The notes under the pieces were generated by a model that was not told where the DNA came from, did no database searches, and was given only the letters and a program-made list of their open reading frames with translations. Below, in pieces: positions 29,215-38,742 of a stretch of DNA of 64,000 bases; within the stretch, counting starts at the first letter, position 1, and each line of letters opens with the position of its first letter. The translations under genes and the position numbers were made by a program. Source of the stretch: Myxococcota bacterium (GTDB lineage Bacteria > Myxococcota > Kuafuiibacteriia > Kuafuiibacteriales > Kuafuiibacteriaceae); contig JANQQN010000190.1 in NCBI GenBank assembly GCA_028289325.1, positions 2,275 through 66,274 of the forward strand, in the 5' to 3' direction.

Positions 29215-31394
29215 GACCGCCCTCCCTTCTTGTCCTTGGAACGAATGCAGATCAGATCACGATCGAGTGCACGGCGATAAAGGTCTGACTTGTTGACGAG
29301 ACTCAACCCTTTGTCCGCGAGGTGGTGAGTCAGGCATCTACAGACGATCCGGTCCGCGGCCCGGACGTCTGCGCCCGCCTGTTCGAGGAACTGCAGATGG
29401 TCGTCGAGTGCGGTGCACTGCTGGCGGGCTCGTTTCGGCACCTCGGCCAGCATGGACGCCGCTTGCGCCATTCGGGCGAGGAGCCGAGCGCGATCGGAAG
29501 GTCGCAGGCGGTCGTCGAGCCGTCGATAGAGTTTCTGAAGGTCCTCGAACGAGAAGACCTTATCTCGGACGGCGGGGGGCAACAGCGACTCGATGTCGAG
29601 CAGCAACGGGGAGACAGGGAGGATTCGCCGCGCCCGCGCGACCTCGCTTTTGGCCCGGCCTTCGCGCAGGGCCCGAGCGAGCACCGACTCGAATCGCTGC
29701 CGACGGATTTCGGGCGATCCGTGGTCTTGCACCGCGAGTAACATCTGCGCCGTTCGTGGCCACCACTTGGGCGTGCCGCTGAAGTACGTCCACTCCGCGT
29801 CCGTGATCGAGCGGTCGGCCTTGGCGAGCCACACCATATCCACGATCTCGTTCCAGCCCTCGAGGTCGTGAGGGGGATAGAGCCGGGCCAAGATGGTCCA
29901 CAGCGGGGCCAGCGGCTGATGAAAGAGGTGGGCGTCGTGTCGACGGCGAACTTGCTGCAGGGCGAAGAAGTGGACGCGCGCGCGATCGTAGCCGTGTTCG
30001 ACCGAAGTCGAAGCGAGGAGGTTGAGCAGTCTCGCGAACTCGGCTTTCGTGTCCAGTCGTTCGGGGGGAAGCAGCGACGCTTCGATGATGTCGAGGATCG
30101 GCGGCTTCGACCCCAGATAACCCCGCAGCAGCTCGAGCTTGCCAACGAAGGTACCGGTCTTCTTGTACGCGTCCCAGGTTGGCGGATGGGAAGCAAGCCA
30201 ATGCCGCGACAGGTAGCGAGGCGCTCGACCTTGCTCGTCGGTGAACCGGGCCATTCCCGACCTGAGCTTCTCGTCGAGGGCGGTCAACAGGGGCGTGGGC
30301 CGAACGTCGATATCCTTGCAGGCCGCGATCGCGCGGTCGAGAACGTCGATCCTGGCCCGCAAGGAGGCCGCGGTATAGCCGTACATCTGGCTGAAGGCAT
30401 CGATCTGGGCCTCGCATTCGGCGGGATCCGCGAACCGCTCGTCGGCGTATCGTTTGCAGTCCTGATTCCGCTGCGCCTTGGTGTACTCGACCTCGATCCA
30501 GGCGACGCAGCGCCCCCCTTCCGGGCAGTCGACGCTTTGGCGCACGACCTTCACCGGTTCGCTCCGGACCCGGCGACATCGTTCGACCACCTCTCGGCTC
30601 AGCTCCACGCCGCTCAGCGTTTCGCGAGACTGCACGATAGATTCGACTTCGACCCCACACAGCTTGCAGATCTTGTCTTCGCAAAACGCGCGGGCGGTTG
30701 TCGTCGCCTCGCCGGGGTCTCGACCCTCACCGTGGCACACGAAGCGAAAGCTCTTGTCCGTCTCGCGGTCCCCGGTGCGAGCCCACGCCGCGACTGTCGT
30801 GGCCTGGGGTACAAGGGGTGCGGTCGCCGGGAACAGGCGGTGGGCCAGCGTAGGGTCACCGTGGTCGCGAAGCGCTTGCCGCAGCGCGGCCACCGGCACT
30901 CGGATGCGCGCGACCATGGTGATGGTCTCGGTCGTGGACCGCCAACCGAAGGAGGGCGGACCGCCCGCCGGCAAGGCACGTTGCGTGATCTCCCGGGTGA
31001 GGTCGGCGATCCGAGCGTCGTTGGCGTCGGTCGCCCGGTCTTCCATCTCGCTCGTTACGCGAACCTGGAGGAACTTGCTGAGCTCGGCCCGGGCAACGGC
31101 GAGCGCCATGGTGCGGACCGCCTGCAGACGCGAGCCGGCCGGAGTCTCCACGAGCCCCCACGCGTGGACCTCGTCGTCGACGATCCGGACTGTCGGGGTC
31201 GGGAGGGCCACCGGTAGATCCCCGCTATCGTTCGCAGGGGGCGGACGGGCTTCGTTGTCCGCACTCGCGGGACGGTCGGGCCCCGTGGTCGTTGCGCACC
31301 CGGCGCCCCCTCCGGCCGCGCCGAGCGCGATCGCCCCGACGGTCAAGGCCCTTAAGACTTGCGATGGTCTCGACACGGCCGGACTGTGACACAA
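29211..31394 (-). CDS. large hypothetical lipoprotein (LPP20-like N-terminus, Cys-rich middle, helical C-terminal half)
   Basis: 727-codon ORF with a TTG/GTG start region and lipobox GGGAGCATT. About 10 Cys within roughly 150 aa. Confidence 0.55.
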   Translation of the reverse strand: MCHSPAVSRPSQVLRALTVGAIALGAAGGGAGCATTTGPDRPASADNEARPPPANDSGDLPVALPTPTVRIVDDEVHAWGLVETPAGSRLQAVRTMALAVARAELSKFLQVRVTSEMEDRATDANDARIADLTREITQRALPAGGPPSFGWRSTTETITMVARIRVPVAALRQALRDHGDPTLAHRLFPATAPLVPQATTVAAWARTGDRETDKSFRFVCHGEGRDPGEATTTARAFCEDKICKLCGVEVESIVQSRETLSGVELSREVVERCRRVRSEPVKVVRQSVDCPEGGRCVAWIEVEYTKAQRNQDCKRYADERFADPAECEAQIDAFSQMYGYTAASLRARIDVLDRAIAACKDIDVRPTPLLTALDEKLRSGMARFTDEQGRAPRYLSRHWLASHPPTWDAYKKTGTFVGKLELLRGYLGSKPPILDIIEASLLPPERLDTKAEFARLLNLLASTSVEHGYDRARVHFFALQQVRRRHDAHLFHQPLAPLWTILARLYPPHDLEGWNEIVDMVWLAKADRSITDAEWTYFSGTPKWWPRTAQMLLAVQDHGSPEIRRQRFESVLARALREGRAKSEVARARRILPVSPLLLDIESLLPPAVRDKVFSFEDLQKLYRRLDDRLRPSDRARLLARMAQAASMLAEVPKRARQQCTALDDHLQFLEQAGADVRAADRIVCRCLTHHLADKGLSLVNKSDLYRRALDRDLICIRSKDKKGGRS

Positions 31395-31619
31395 GTGCCG
31401 CCCTTTTGCCGGGTTCGACGAGAGGTGTCGGCGGCGAGTCGCGCGGTCTGGATCCTGCTGCCTCGTCGCTAGACGGTGGCTCCTGAGCCGCGCAATTAGC
31501 TGCGACGACGCGCCACTACAGTATACGCCTGACGCGGGTCAGGGGCCGATCCCGTGACCAACGCGGGCGATCGCCGGTGGCACGTGAGCCGAGGGGCGAG
31601 ACGTTATAAGCTCGGACGG

Positions 31620-32384
31620 ATGTCCTCAGTTCAAGTCTCGACCGTCGACGGCGTGGGCCACGTCGTGCTCGACCATCCTGGCGCTCTGAATGCCCTGACG
31701 CCGACGATCCTGCGCGCACTGATCGCCGAGTGCGACAAGATCGCCGCCGACCCGTCCATTCGCATCGTGCGTTTGACGGGCGCCGATGGCAACTTCTCGG
31801 CCGGCGCGGATCTGCCCGCGTTCTCCGAGGCCCTGCAGCGGGAAGCCCCCTCGGTCATCGCCGACCTTGGGCGTCGTGCCGCGGTAGCGGTGGCTGATCT
31901 CCCACAGATCACCGTGGCCACGGTCCAAGGCCACTGCGTGGGTGGGGGGCTGGTGTTGGCGAGTGCGTGTGACGTTCGGCTGGCGGCCGACGACGCCCGG
32001 TTCATCATTCCGGAGCTCGAGGCCGGCATCCCCCTCGCGTGGGGGGCGATGGAGCGGCTGGTGTATCTCGTTGGCGAGACGGTGGCGACGGATTGGGTTC
32101 TGACGTGTCGAGGGTTCGATGCGGAAGAGGCGCATCGTGCCGGCTTGGTCACCCGCATCTTATCGTCGGACGGGTTCGGCCCTGAGGCGTCGGGCTTCGT
32201 GGGGCAGCTGGCCCGTCGACCGAGCGTCGCTCTGCGGTCGACGAAACGCCAACTTCAGCAGCTTAGAAGCGGGCGCTTCGATCCACGCACCGACGCCGAT
32301 GCGCTTCTGTCGGCGATGGCAGATCCCGAAGCGGCGGCGATCGGCCAGCGGTACGTCCAGACCAAGATTCGCAAGAAGAGCTGA
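31620..32384 (+). CDS. enoyl-CoA hydratase/isomerase family protein
   Basis: Start set to ATG 31620. Crotonase blocks (VLDHPGALNAL, FSAGADL, VQGHCVGGG). Confidence 0.8.
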   Translation: MSSVQVSTVDGVGHVVLDHPGALNALTPTILRALIAECDKIAADPSIRIVRLTGADGNFSAGADLPAFSEALQREAPSVIADLGRRAAVAVADLPQITVATVQGHCVGGGLVLASACDVRLAADDARFIIPELEAGIPLAWGAMERLVYLVGETVATDWVLTCRGFDAEEAHRAGLVTRILSSDGFGPEASGFVGQLARRPSVALRSTKRQLQQLRSGRFDPRTDADALLSAMADPEAAAIGQRYVQTKIRKKS

Positions 32385-32402
32385 CGGCGGACCGGCCGCT
32401 GG

Positions 32403-32894
32403 TCACGGGCTGCAGTACTCGTCGCCGATCGTGATGCTGCCAACCTCGAACTCGACCGTCTGCGCGCCGTCGAGCTCGACGCTATACTGCCCGGCCGCCA
32501 GCGTCGACGTGGTGCACCGGGCTTCGAGGAAACCGCAGTCGTCCGTACAGTCGAGACCGTCGCCGCGAAAGTCTGTCCATTGAAGGAGGCTCGTCATTCG
32601 AAACGACCGGCTGGACGTCTCGGTCAAGGTGCACGACGCTTCGCGCCGACCGTCGCACGAGGAACTCAGACAACCGTCGAAGACGACGACGATATCCAAC
32701 GGAGAGCCCGCGGCATAGTTGAAGGTCGACGTCGTGTCCGCGAATCGGGTGGGTCTTACGGGCGCGCTCCGGGGCACGACGCAAAGGCGACCTTCGTTCT
32801 CGACGACGACGGGCGTGCCTTCGTTGGTCGAACCGCACGAGGCGGCGAGACCGAAGAGCAGCAGGGCCAAGGCAGATCGATAGGTGTGACGCAT
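32403..32894 (-). CDS. hypothetical lipoprotein
   Basis: Start set to ATG 32894 (MRHTYRSALALLLFGLAASCGS). Eleven Cys in total. Confidence 0.5.
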   Translation of the reverse strand: MRHTYRSALALLLFGLAASCGSTNEGTPVVVENEGRLCVVPRSAPVRPTRFADTTSTFNYAAGSPLDIVVVFDGCLSSSCDGRREASCTLTETSSRSFRMTSLLQWTDFRGDGLDCTDDCGFLEARCTTSTLAAGQYSVELDGAQTVEFEVGSITIGDEYCSP

Positions 32895-33340
32895 TGCTGT
32901 AAGAAATAGCAACAGATGTGCCACCAAGACCACATTGAACCGGGCCCACAAGAAGGATGCAAAGCGCGACAAGATCGGCATGGGGCGGAGGATGCCGTCC
33001 AAACGTTGACGACGATGTTTGAATGATAGGGTCGAAGCTGCGCTCTCGGCGACGCAGCCATCTGGGGCCGCCCCGTCGCCGAGAGACAGCGCTACGTTCC
33101 CGCTCAGTTGGTCGAGCAGACGAGCTTGCCGTTCCTGTTCGCGACCGTGCCCTGATAGCCGCTATCGCGGCTCGCCATCATGCCGTGCCCCGACTTCGCC
33201 GTTCTGCCGGCTGGATTTGGCGCTCAACAATTGGTCAATATTTGCGGTGCAAAGGCGATGGTAAGCCGTAACCTCTGCTTGCGGTCAATGCCCGTCTCGA
33301 CCTTGAGGAGATGAGCCGGGCGGCTGGAGATGGATACGCC

Positions 33341-34027
33341 ATGTCTAATCCTTCGCGAATCCTGGTCATCGAGGACGACCTGAATGTAGTTCAACAGCTG
33401 GTCAGCGGCCTGCGACGGGCGGGCTTCGACACGAGTCTCGCCATGGCCGGCGACGAGGGGCTCGCCCAGATTCTCAACGGATCGTTCGACCTGGTCCTGC
33501 TCGACCTGATGTTGCCCAATCTCACCGGCTTCGAGGTGCTCGAGGCGGTACGCACGCGCGTATCGGTCCCGGTCGTGGTGCTCTCCGCGCGCACGGAGCT
33601 GCCCGCGCGGCTGCAGAGCTTCGAAAGGGGCGCGGTCGACTTCGTACCCAAGCCTTTCTTCATGGAGGAGCTCATCGCGCGCATCCGCGCCCGACTTGCA
33701 TTGACGAGCCCGACGCCGCGACGAGCGCTCGCCCTCGCCGACGTCACGCTCGATCTGGACGCTCGGACCGCCCGCCGCGGTGATGTCGCCTTGGACTTGA
33801 CCGAGTACGAGTTCAACGTCGTCGCCTTTTTGCGCGAGCGAGCGGGACGCGCCCAAAGCCGGACCCAGATCGCCGACGGTGCGCTATCGGAGAGCGGTGA
33901 GTGTGGCGACCGGACCGTCGACAGCCACATTTCTCGCATTCGAAAGAAGTTAGGCCCACGGGCGGCCCGGCGAATCCAGACCGTCTGGGGCATTGGCTAT
34001 CGATGTGACGAAGAGGATGAGGCGTGA
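33341..34027 (+). CDS. OmpR-family response regulator
   Basis: REC domain (ILVIEDD...DLVLLDLMLP) followed by a winged-helix domain (LTEYEFNVVAFL...VWGIGYR). Confidence 0.9.
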   Translation: MSNPSRILVIEDDLNVVQQLVSGLRRAGFDTSLAMAGDEGLAQILNGSFDLVLLDLMLPNLTGFEVLEAVRTRVSVPVVVLSARTELPARLQSFERGAVDFVPKPFFMEELIARIRARLALTSPTPRRALALADVTLDLDARTARRGDVALDLTEYEFNVVAFLRERAGRAQSRTQIADGALSESGECGDRTVDSHISRIRKKLGPRAARRIQTVWGIGYRCDEEDEA

Positions 34028-35430
34028 AGCGAAGGCTGCTGCGCTTGGTCTTGTGGGGCCCGGTTCTCAGTGTGGCGGTGGCCGGTCTCCTCCTCCTGTT
34101 CAGCTTGCGTCTAGCCCGCGCGACGTTGCGAGAAACGATGCTGGCCACCCAGTTGAGCGCCGTCGATCCCGACGCCTGCCGAGCCGCCCCGACGACCTGG
34201 GGCTGGAGATCCGGGGACATCACGATGTTCGCGTATGATCGGGTCGGTCGGTCCGCCAACCCCGATGCGCCGGCCATCGAGCCCGATCTCCTCCGGCGGG
34301 CGACAACTTCCGGTCGGCTTATCCAGCTCACGACGCCGGATCGAATCATGTGGGTCGCGCCCAGTATCGGCGAGGGTCCCTGTGAAGTTCTCCGCGGTTC
34401 CTCGCGGAATCCCGAGGCCGAGGTGGCGACCCGATTTCTTACCGTGCTGGCCGCCGCGATCGTGGGCGGCATGCTGCTCGCCGCGGCGGGAACGTACTGG
34501 TTCGTGGTGCTGCCGCTGCGAACGCGTATCGATGGCCTGGCCGTTGCCGCCCGTGCGGTCGGCAGGCCCGCCTTCCCTCCGCCCCCCTCGAGCCCCGACG
34601 CGCTCGGCAACATTGCCGAAGTGCTCACTCAGAGCCACGTCCGCATCGTCGAGGCGCGCGAGGCGCTGGAGCGGCGCAACCGCGCGCTCGAAGAGCACCT
34701 GGCGGGTATCGCCCACGACCTGCGAACGCCGCTGCTGAGCATGCATCTGTCGCTGGAGACGGTCGCTGGAGCGGCGGAAGGTGAATTGCGCACGGCGTCT
34801 CGTCGTGCCCTCTCAGACGTCGTCTACCTCTCTTCGATGGTCGAAAACCTGCATCAGGCCACGCGACTGCGACATGACGTTGATGTCATGTCGGGCACCG
34901 TCGACCTCACGGATCTTGTTCGCCGCCTTGAGAAACGTTTTGCGCTGCTGGGTCGGCACGCGGGGGTGAAAGTGGCCGCGACTACGCCGGAGCGGGAAGT
35001 CTGGGTCCCGTGCACCCCTGCGCTGGCGGAGCGTGCGGTGGCCAACCTCGTGCAGAACGCGATCGAGCATAATACGAAACCCGGCCACGTCGCCATCAGC
35101 CTGGTGGTGACCAACTCGGGAGGGCGATTCGAGCTTTCGGTGGTCGATGATGGGCCTGGGCTCCCCGAGGCCACGCTGGCCAGCCTGCACCGGGAGACAT
35201 TTCTGGCCGATGAGGCTCGTCCCCGAGGTCCAGCCCTGGGCCTGCTGATCACGAAAGAAGTCGCGCGCCGGGCCAAGTGGTCCGTGTCGTTTGAGGCGTT
35301 GGCGTCGACGGGGCTTCAGGTCCGGCTCGAAGGGGCGGTGAATCCGCCCATCGCTGCCAGCGTCAGACAAGATCGGCCGGATCAGAAAGAAGGGGGTCCT
35401 GAAACGAGTCCTGATTCTGGCCGCGGATGA
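34024..35430 (+). CDS. sensor histidine kinase
   Basis: GTG 34024 overlaps the RR stop. Two TM segments, H-box (IAHDLRTPL) and HATPase blocks (NAIEHN, DDGPGL). Confidence 0.85.
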   Translation: MKRRLLRLVLWGPVLSVAVAGLLLLFSLRLARATLRETMLATQLSAVDPDACRAAPTTWGWRSGDITMFAYDRVGRSANPDAPAIEPDLLRRATTSGRLIQLTTPDRIMWVAPSIGEGPCEVLRGSSRNPEAEVATRFLTVLAAAIVGGMLLAAAGTYWFVVLPLRTRIDGLAVAARAVGRPAFPPPPSSPDALGNIAEVLTQSHVRIVEAREALERRNRALEEHLAGIAHDLRTPLLSMHLSLETVAGAAEGELRTASRRALSDVVYLSSMVENLHQATRLRHDVDVMSGTVDLTDLVRRLEKRFALLGRHAGVKVAATTPEREVWVPCTPALAERAVANLVQNAIEHNTKPGHVAISLVVTNSGGRFELSVVDDGPGLPEATLASLHRETFLADEARPRGPALGLLITKEVARRAKWSVSFEALASTGLQVRLEGAVNPPIAASVRQDRPDQKEGGPETSPDSGRG

Positions 35431-35450
35431 GGGTCTAGCCCGGGTAGGCG

Positions 35451-35582
35451 TCAAAGCAGCTCGGCCTCCGCATCACAGGCGCGCACCTCGCTCTCGTCCT
35501 CGTCCGTTCCGCAGGAGAACAAGACACCGGCAAGCAGGGCGACACCGGCGAGCAGCGCCGGGCACCGGATGTCACGCTTCAT
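35451..35582 (-). CDS. 43-aa putative micro-lipoprotein
   Basis: Below the ORF-track cutoff, so translated by hand: MKRDIRCPALLAGVALLAGVLFSCGTDEDESEVRACDAEAELL. GGAGG lies 6 nt upstream of the ATG, and there is a signal peptide plus lipobox-like LFSC. Confidence 0.4.
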   Translation of the reverse strand: MKRDIRCPALLAGVALLAGVLFSCGTDEDESEVRACDAEAELL

Positions 35583-35741
35583 GTTGATCCTCCGAAGAGG
35601 CGTGTCTTCTTGCATGACGCTCAGGGTGTCGTGGGGATGTTGAGCAACTGTTGAGTCACGACCCGCAGCTTCGACAGACGGGCCCGTGGTGCGCAGCTCG
35701 GGATCGGACCAAGGTCGGAGATCTCGGCCGGACTCGGCAGC

Positions 35742-36422
35742 TCAGGAAACAACGCGGCCGTCGGCCAGTTCGATGATCCGGTCGGACTGCGACGAAAACT
35801 CAGGGTCGTGGGTGACCGTGACGATCGTCTGGCCTCGACTCCGAGTGAGGTCCTTCAGGATGTCGAACACCATCCGTGTATTTTTGCTGTCGAGGTTGCC
35901 GGTGGGCTCGTCTCCCATGACGATCGCGGGGTCGTTGACCAGGGACCGTGCGAGCGCGACCCGCTGCTGTTGACCGCCCGAGAGCCGGGTGGCGCGCTTC
36001 TCGGCGTGGTCTTTGAGCTCCACAGCGTCGAGCAGCTCCATCGCGCGCGCTCGAATTTCCTCGTACGAACGCTTGCCGAGCTTCAAGGCGGGCAACATGA
36101 CGTTGTCGAGCGCGGTGAACTCGGGCAGCAAGTAGTGGAACTGAAACACGAAACCGATATGTTCGTTGCGGAACGCCGCAAGCGCCCGTCGACTCAGTCC
36201 CCGCAGCTCAACGCCATTGATCACGACATCTCCCTCGAACGCCGTATCCATCGTCGAGAGCACGTAGAGCAGGGTGGTCTTCCCAGAACCGGACTTTCCC
36301 ATGATCGAAAGAAACTCGCCACGGTAGATCTCCATCGAGATCTCGTCCAGGACGCGGAATGTCTGGGGGTCGTGAAAATACTTCACGATAGATCGGGCGG
36401 AGAGCACGACGTCTCGCATCAC
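35742..36422 (-). CDS. ABC transporter ATP-binding protein (MacB/LolD type)
   Basis: Walker A GKSGSGKTT, signature LSGGQQQRVALAR, Walker B IVMGDEPTGNLD. Start is GTG 36422 or ATG 36419, overlapping the permease stop. Confidence 0.9.
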   Translation of the reverse strand: MMRDVVLSARSIVKYFHDPQTFRVLDEISMEIYRGEFLSIMGKSGSGKTTLLYVLSTMDTAFEGDVVINGVELRGLSRRALAAFRNEHIGFVFQFHYLLPEFTALDNVMLPALKLGKRSYEEIRARAMELLDAVELKDHAEKRATRLSGGQQQRVALARSLVNDPAIVMGDEPTGNLDSKNTRMVFDILKDLTRSRGQTIVTVTHDPEFSSQSDRIIELADGRVVS

Positions 36423-37660
36423 GTTCCTCTCAGTATCGCGACGGGGTCGATCCGTGACGCCTTGTACGCCGGCAGGAAACCCGCGATGAAAGTTGTACTG
36501 AGCCCAGCGACGGCCGCCATCACATAGTCCGCTGGATCATAGGCGATCGGATAGGTGCCGATGGACGCGACGGGAAAGGACAACCCGTCGACATACACGG
36601 AGATTCCGAATCCGACGGTGATGCCCGCGACTCCGCCGAGAATTCCGATGATGACCGATTGCAGCAGGAAGATGGTGACGATGTCATGGCTATTGAAGCC
36701 CATCGCGTTGAGGATCGCGATTTCGCGCAACCGCTCATTCACGGTCATATTCATGATGTTGTAGATGCCGAACCCGGCGACGATCAAAAGTGCGCCCGAA
36801 ACGGCTAAGGCAATGATATCGCGGAGCTGGCTGCCCGCCTCGAGCTGCTCGCTGGCCGCCGGCCACGGCTCGACGGTATACGGCAGAGCCGGAGCGAGTC
36901 CGTTCGCGACTTGCCGTGCGTGGGAGCAGTCCTCAATTCGGATCTGAAGGTCGGTCGCAAAGTCGGAGTTCCTCGCCGTCATTTGTCGGGCGGTTGCGAT
37001 GTTCACGAAGGCTTTACGCGCGTCAACAGATTCGATCGAGTACTTGCTGATCCCAACCACTCGCAACGCGCGCGTCACGCCTTCGGAGGTGACAACCTGT
37101 ACGCCGTCGTTGATACGGACACCCAGGTTCTTTGCGAGGGTGACTCCAATGACGATCCCGTCGGGCCTATGCTTGAGCGCCCCCCAGCTGCCGTCAGCCA
37201 TGTACGCAGTCGAGCTGAAGACCGAGTCCGCGCGCACCGCATCGACGCCGGATACCGACCCTTCAATCTTGATTGCTCCGCTTTGGAAATATCCGGCGAA
37301 GTTTACTTCGGGGGTCACCGCCATTACGGACGGATGGTGTTCGAGCACCGCCATGGTTTCCGTCGAATTGCGGATGCCGTCGCTGAGAAGTTGTTTCCTC
37401 TGGTTGCGAACATGAACGAGCCCTATGTCGGCGCGTTTCTCGAAGAGCAGCCGAGGCTCGGCCGGTTCGTCGTTGTAGACCCGGATGTGCGCCAGCGTGC
37501 TGAAGGCGAGGTCGTTCTGAAGACTGTTCACCCCGCTCATGAAGCTGTTCATGAACACATACATGCTGACGCCAAACACGACGCTGAGCGTGGCGACGGC
37601 AGTCTGCCGAGTTCGCGACGTTAGATGGACGAATGCGATTTTCTGGCTAGTGCTGGTCAT
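36419..37660 (-). CDS. ABC transporter permease (FtsX/MacB-type with periplasmic domain)
   Basis: Start set to ATG 37660 (ATGA overlap with the adaptor gene). One N-terminal TM, a large loop, then three C-terminal TM segments. Confidence 0.85.
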   Translation of the reverse strand: MTSTSQKIAFVHLTSRTRQTAVATLSVVFGVSMYVFMNSFMSGVNSLQNDLAFSTLAHIRVYNDEPAEPRLLFEKRADIGLVHVRNQRKQLLSDGIRNSTETMAVLEHHPSVMAVTPEVNFAGYFQSGAIKIEGSVSGVDAVRADSVFSSTAYMADGSWGALKHRPDGIVIGVTLAKNLGVRINDGVQVVTSEGVTRALRVVGISKYSIESVDARKAFVNIATARQMTARNSDFATDLQIRIEDCSHARQVANGLAPALPYTVEPWPAASEQLEAGSQLRDIIALAVSGALLIVAGFGIYNIMNMTVNERLREIAILNAMGFNSHDIVTIFLLQSVIIGILGGVAGITVGFGISVYVDGLSFPVASIGTYPIAYDPADYVMAAVAGLSTTFIAGFLPAYKASRIDPVAILRGT

Positions 37661-38742
37661 TGCTTTCGTCTCACCGCCAAACGGTCGGACTCCGAGATCC
37701 CCCCCGTAACTTCGATCCACTCTCCAGACCGCACTCCGGTGGTCACGGCAACCACTTGGCCATTCTCGAGGCGCACGTGTCCGTTGTTGACGGAATCGAC
37801 CGGGATCGTAAGCCCTTCTTCTCGGACATCGACGATCACGTTGGCTTGCAGCTGGGTCCCCACGAAGAGTCTCGTGTCGCCAGCGGCGATGGACGCCTCG
37901 AGTCGGAATGACTGGGCGGATGTGTCGAAGGCCGGAAAAATGGTCGTGATCCGGCCTTCCAACACCCTATCAATGTGGGTGTTGAGGCCAACCTTCACTC
38001 GCTGCCCGAGCTGCACGAGATGGATGTCTTCTTCGGCGACGTAGAGGCTGGCCTGGAACTGGCCGCCACCAATCCGACAGAGTGACTCGCCCTTACGCGC
38101 GAGCTCGCCCCGTTCTCGAAGCACCTCGAGCACGCGACCCGGGCGGACCGCCTTGATGAGGTGATCGTCTTGCTGTGACTCGACGATTTTGAGTTGATTC
38201 TTCTTCACCTGGACAGCGAGCGCGAGTTCATCCCGGAGGTCCTTGAGGTTCTGTTCGCGGACCCTGAGATCGCTCTTCGATGATTCGAAGCGCGCCTTGG
38301 CGTTGTCGTAGTCTAGCTGCGAAACGGCCTTGCTTTTAAGGAGCTCTGCGTAGCGTCCAAGATTCGTCTGGTCGAGCGCCAGCTGCCTTTCGGCTTCAAC
38401 GATCTGTGCTTTCAGGGCCACCACAGACGGCGAAGTCGGCGCCGCCTTCCGCAGGGCCTCCCGATACTCGGCTCGAGCTGTCGCGAGTTCCGACGACTTG
38501 ACGGGACTCGCGAGCCGGAAGAGCCGAGCACCGACCTCGACGTAGTCGCCGGCCTTTACATAAACGTCATCGATAAAACCCTCTTGGTTGGTCGCAGCGA
38601 CATACTCCTCGGACATCTCGAGGTGCCCAGTCGCGAAGACCGCTTCGACGATGTCCTTCCGGACCGGTGAGACCAATTCTTCGTGGGCATCGCACCCAAC
38701 TAGGATCAGTGATATGGCCAATAGTTCAGTTTTCCACTTCAT
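37657..38742 (-). CDS. efflux periplasmic adaptor (HlyD/MFP family)
   Basis: Start set to ATG 38742 (MKWKTELLAISLILVGC). Coiled-coil hairpin and beta-barrel blocks. Confidence 0.85.
   Translation of the reverse strand: MKWKTELLAISLILVGCDAHEELVSPVRKDIVEAVFATGHLEMSEEYVAATNQEGFIDDVYVKAGDYVEVGARLFRLASPVKSSELATARAEYREALRKAAPTSPSVVALKAQIVEAERQLALDQTNLGRYAELLKSKAVSQLDYDNAKARFESSKSDLRVREQNLKDLRDELALAVQVKKNQLKIVESQQDDHLIKAVRPGRVLEVLRERGELARKGESLCRIGGGQFQASLYVAEEDIHLVQLGQRVKVGLNTHIDRVLEGRITTIFPAFDTSAQSFRLEASIAAGDTRLFVGTQLQANVIVDVREEGLTIPVDSVNNGHVRLENGQVVAVTTGVRSGEWIEVTGGISESDRLAVRRKQ

Noticed and set aside
20717-32384. The two enoyl-CoA hydratase paralogues (20717.., 31620..), considered as another duplication like pfk.
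   Set aside because: The protein sequences are clearly divergent, sharing only family motifs, and I saw no nucleotide-level similarity.
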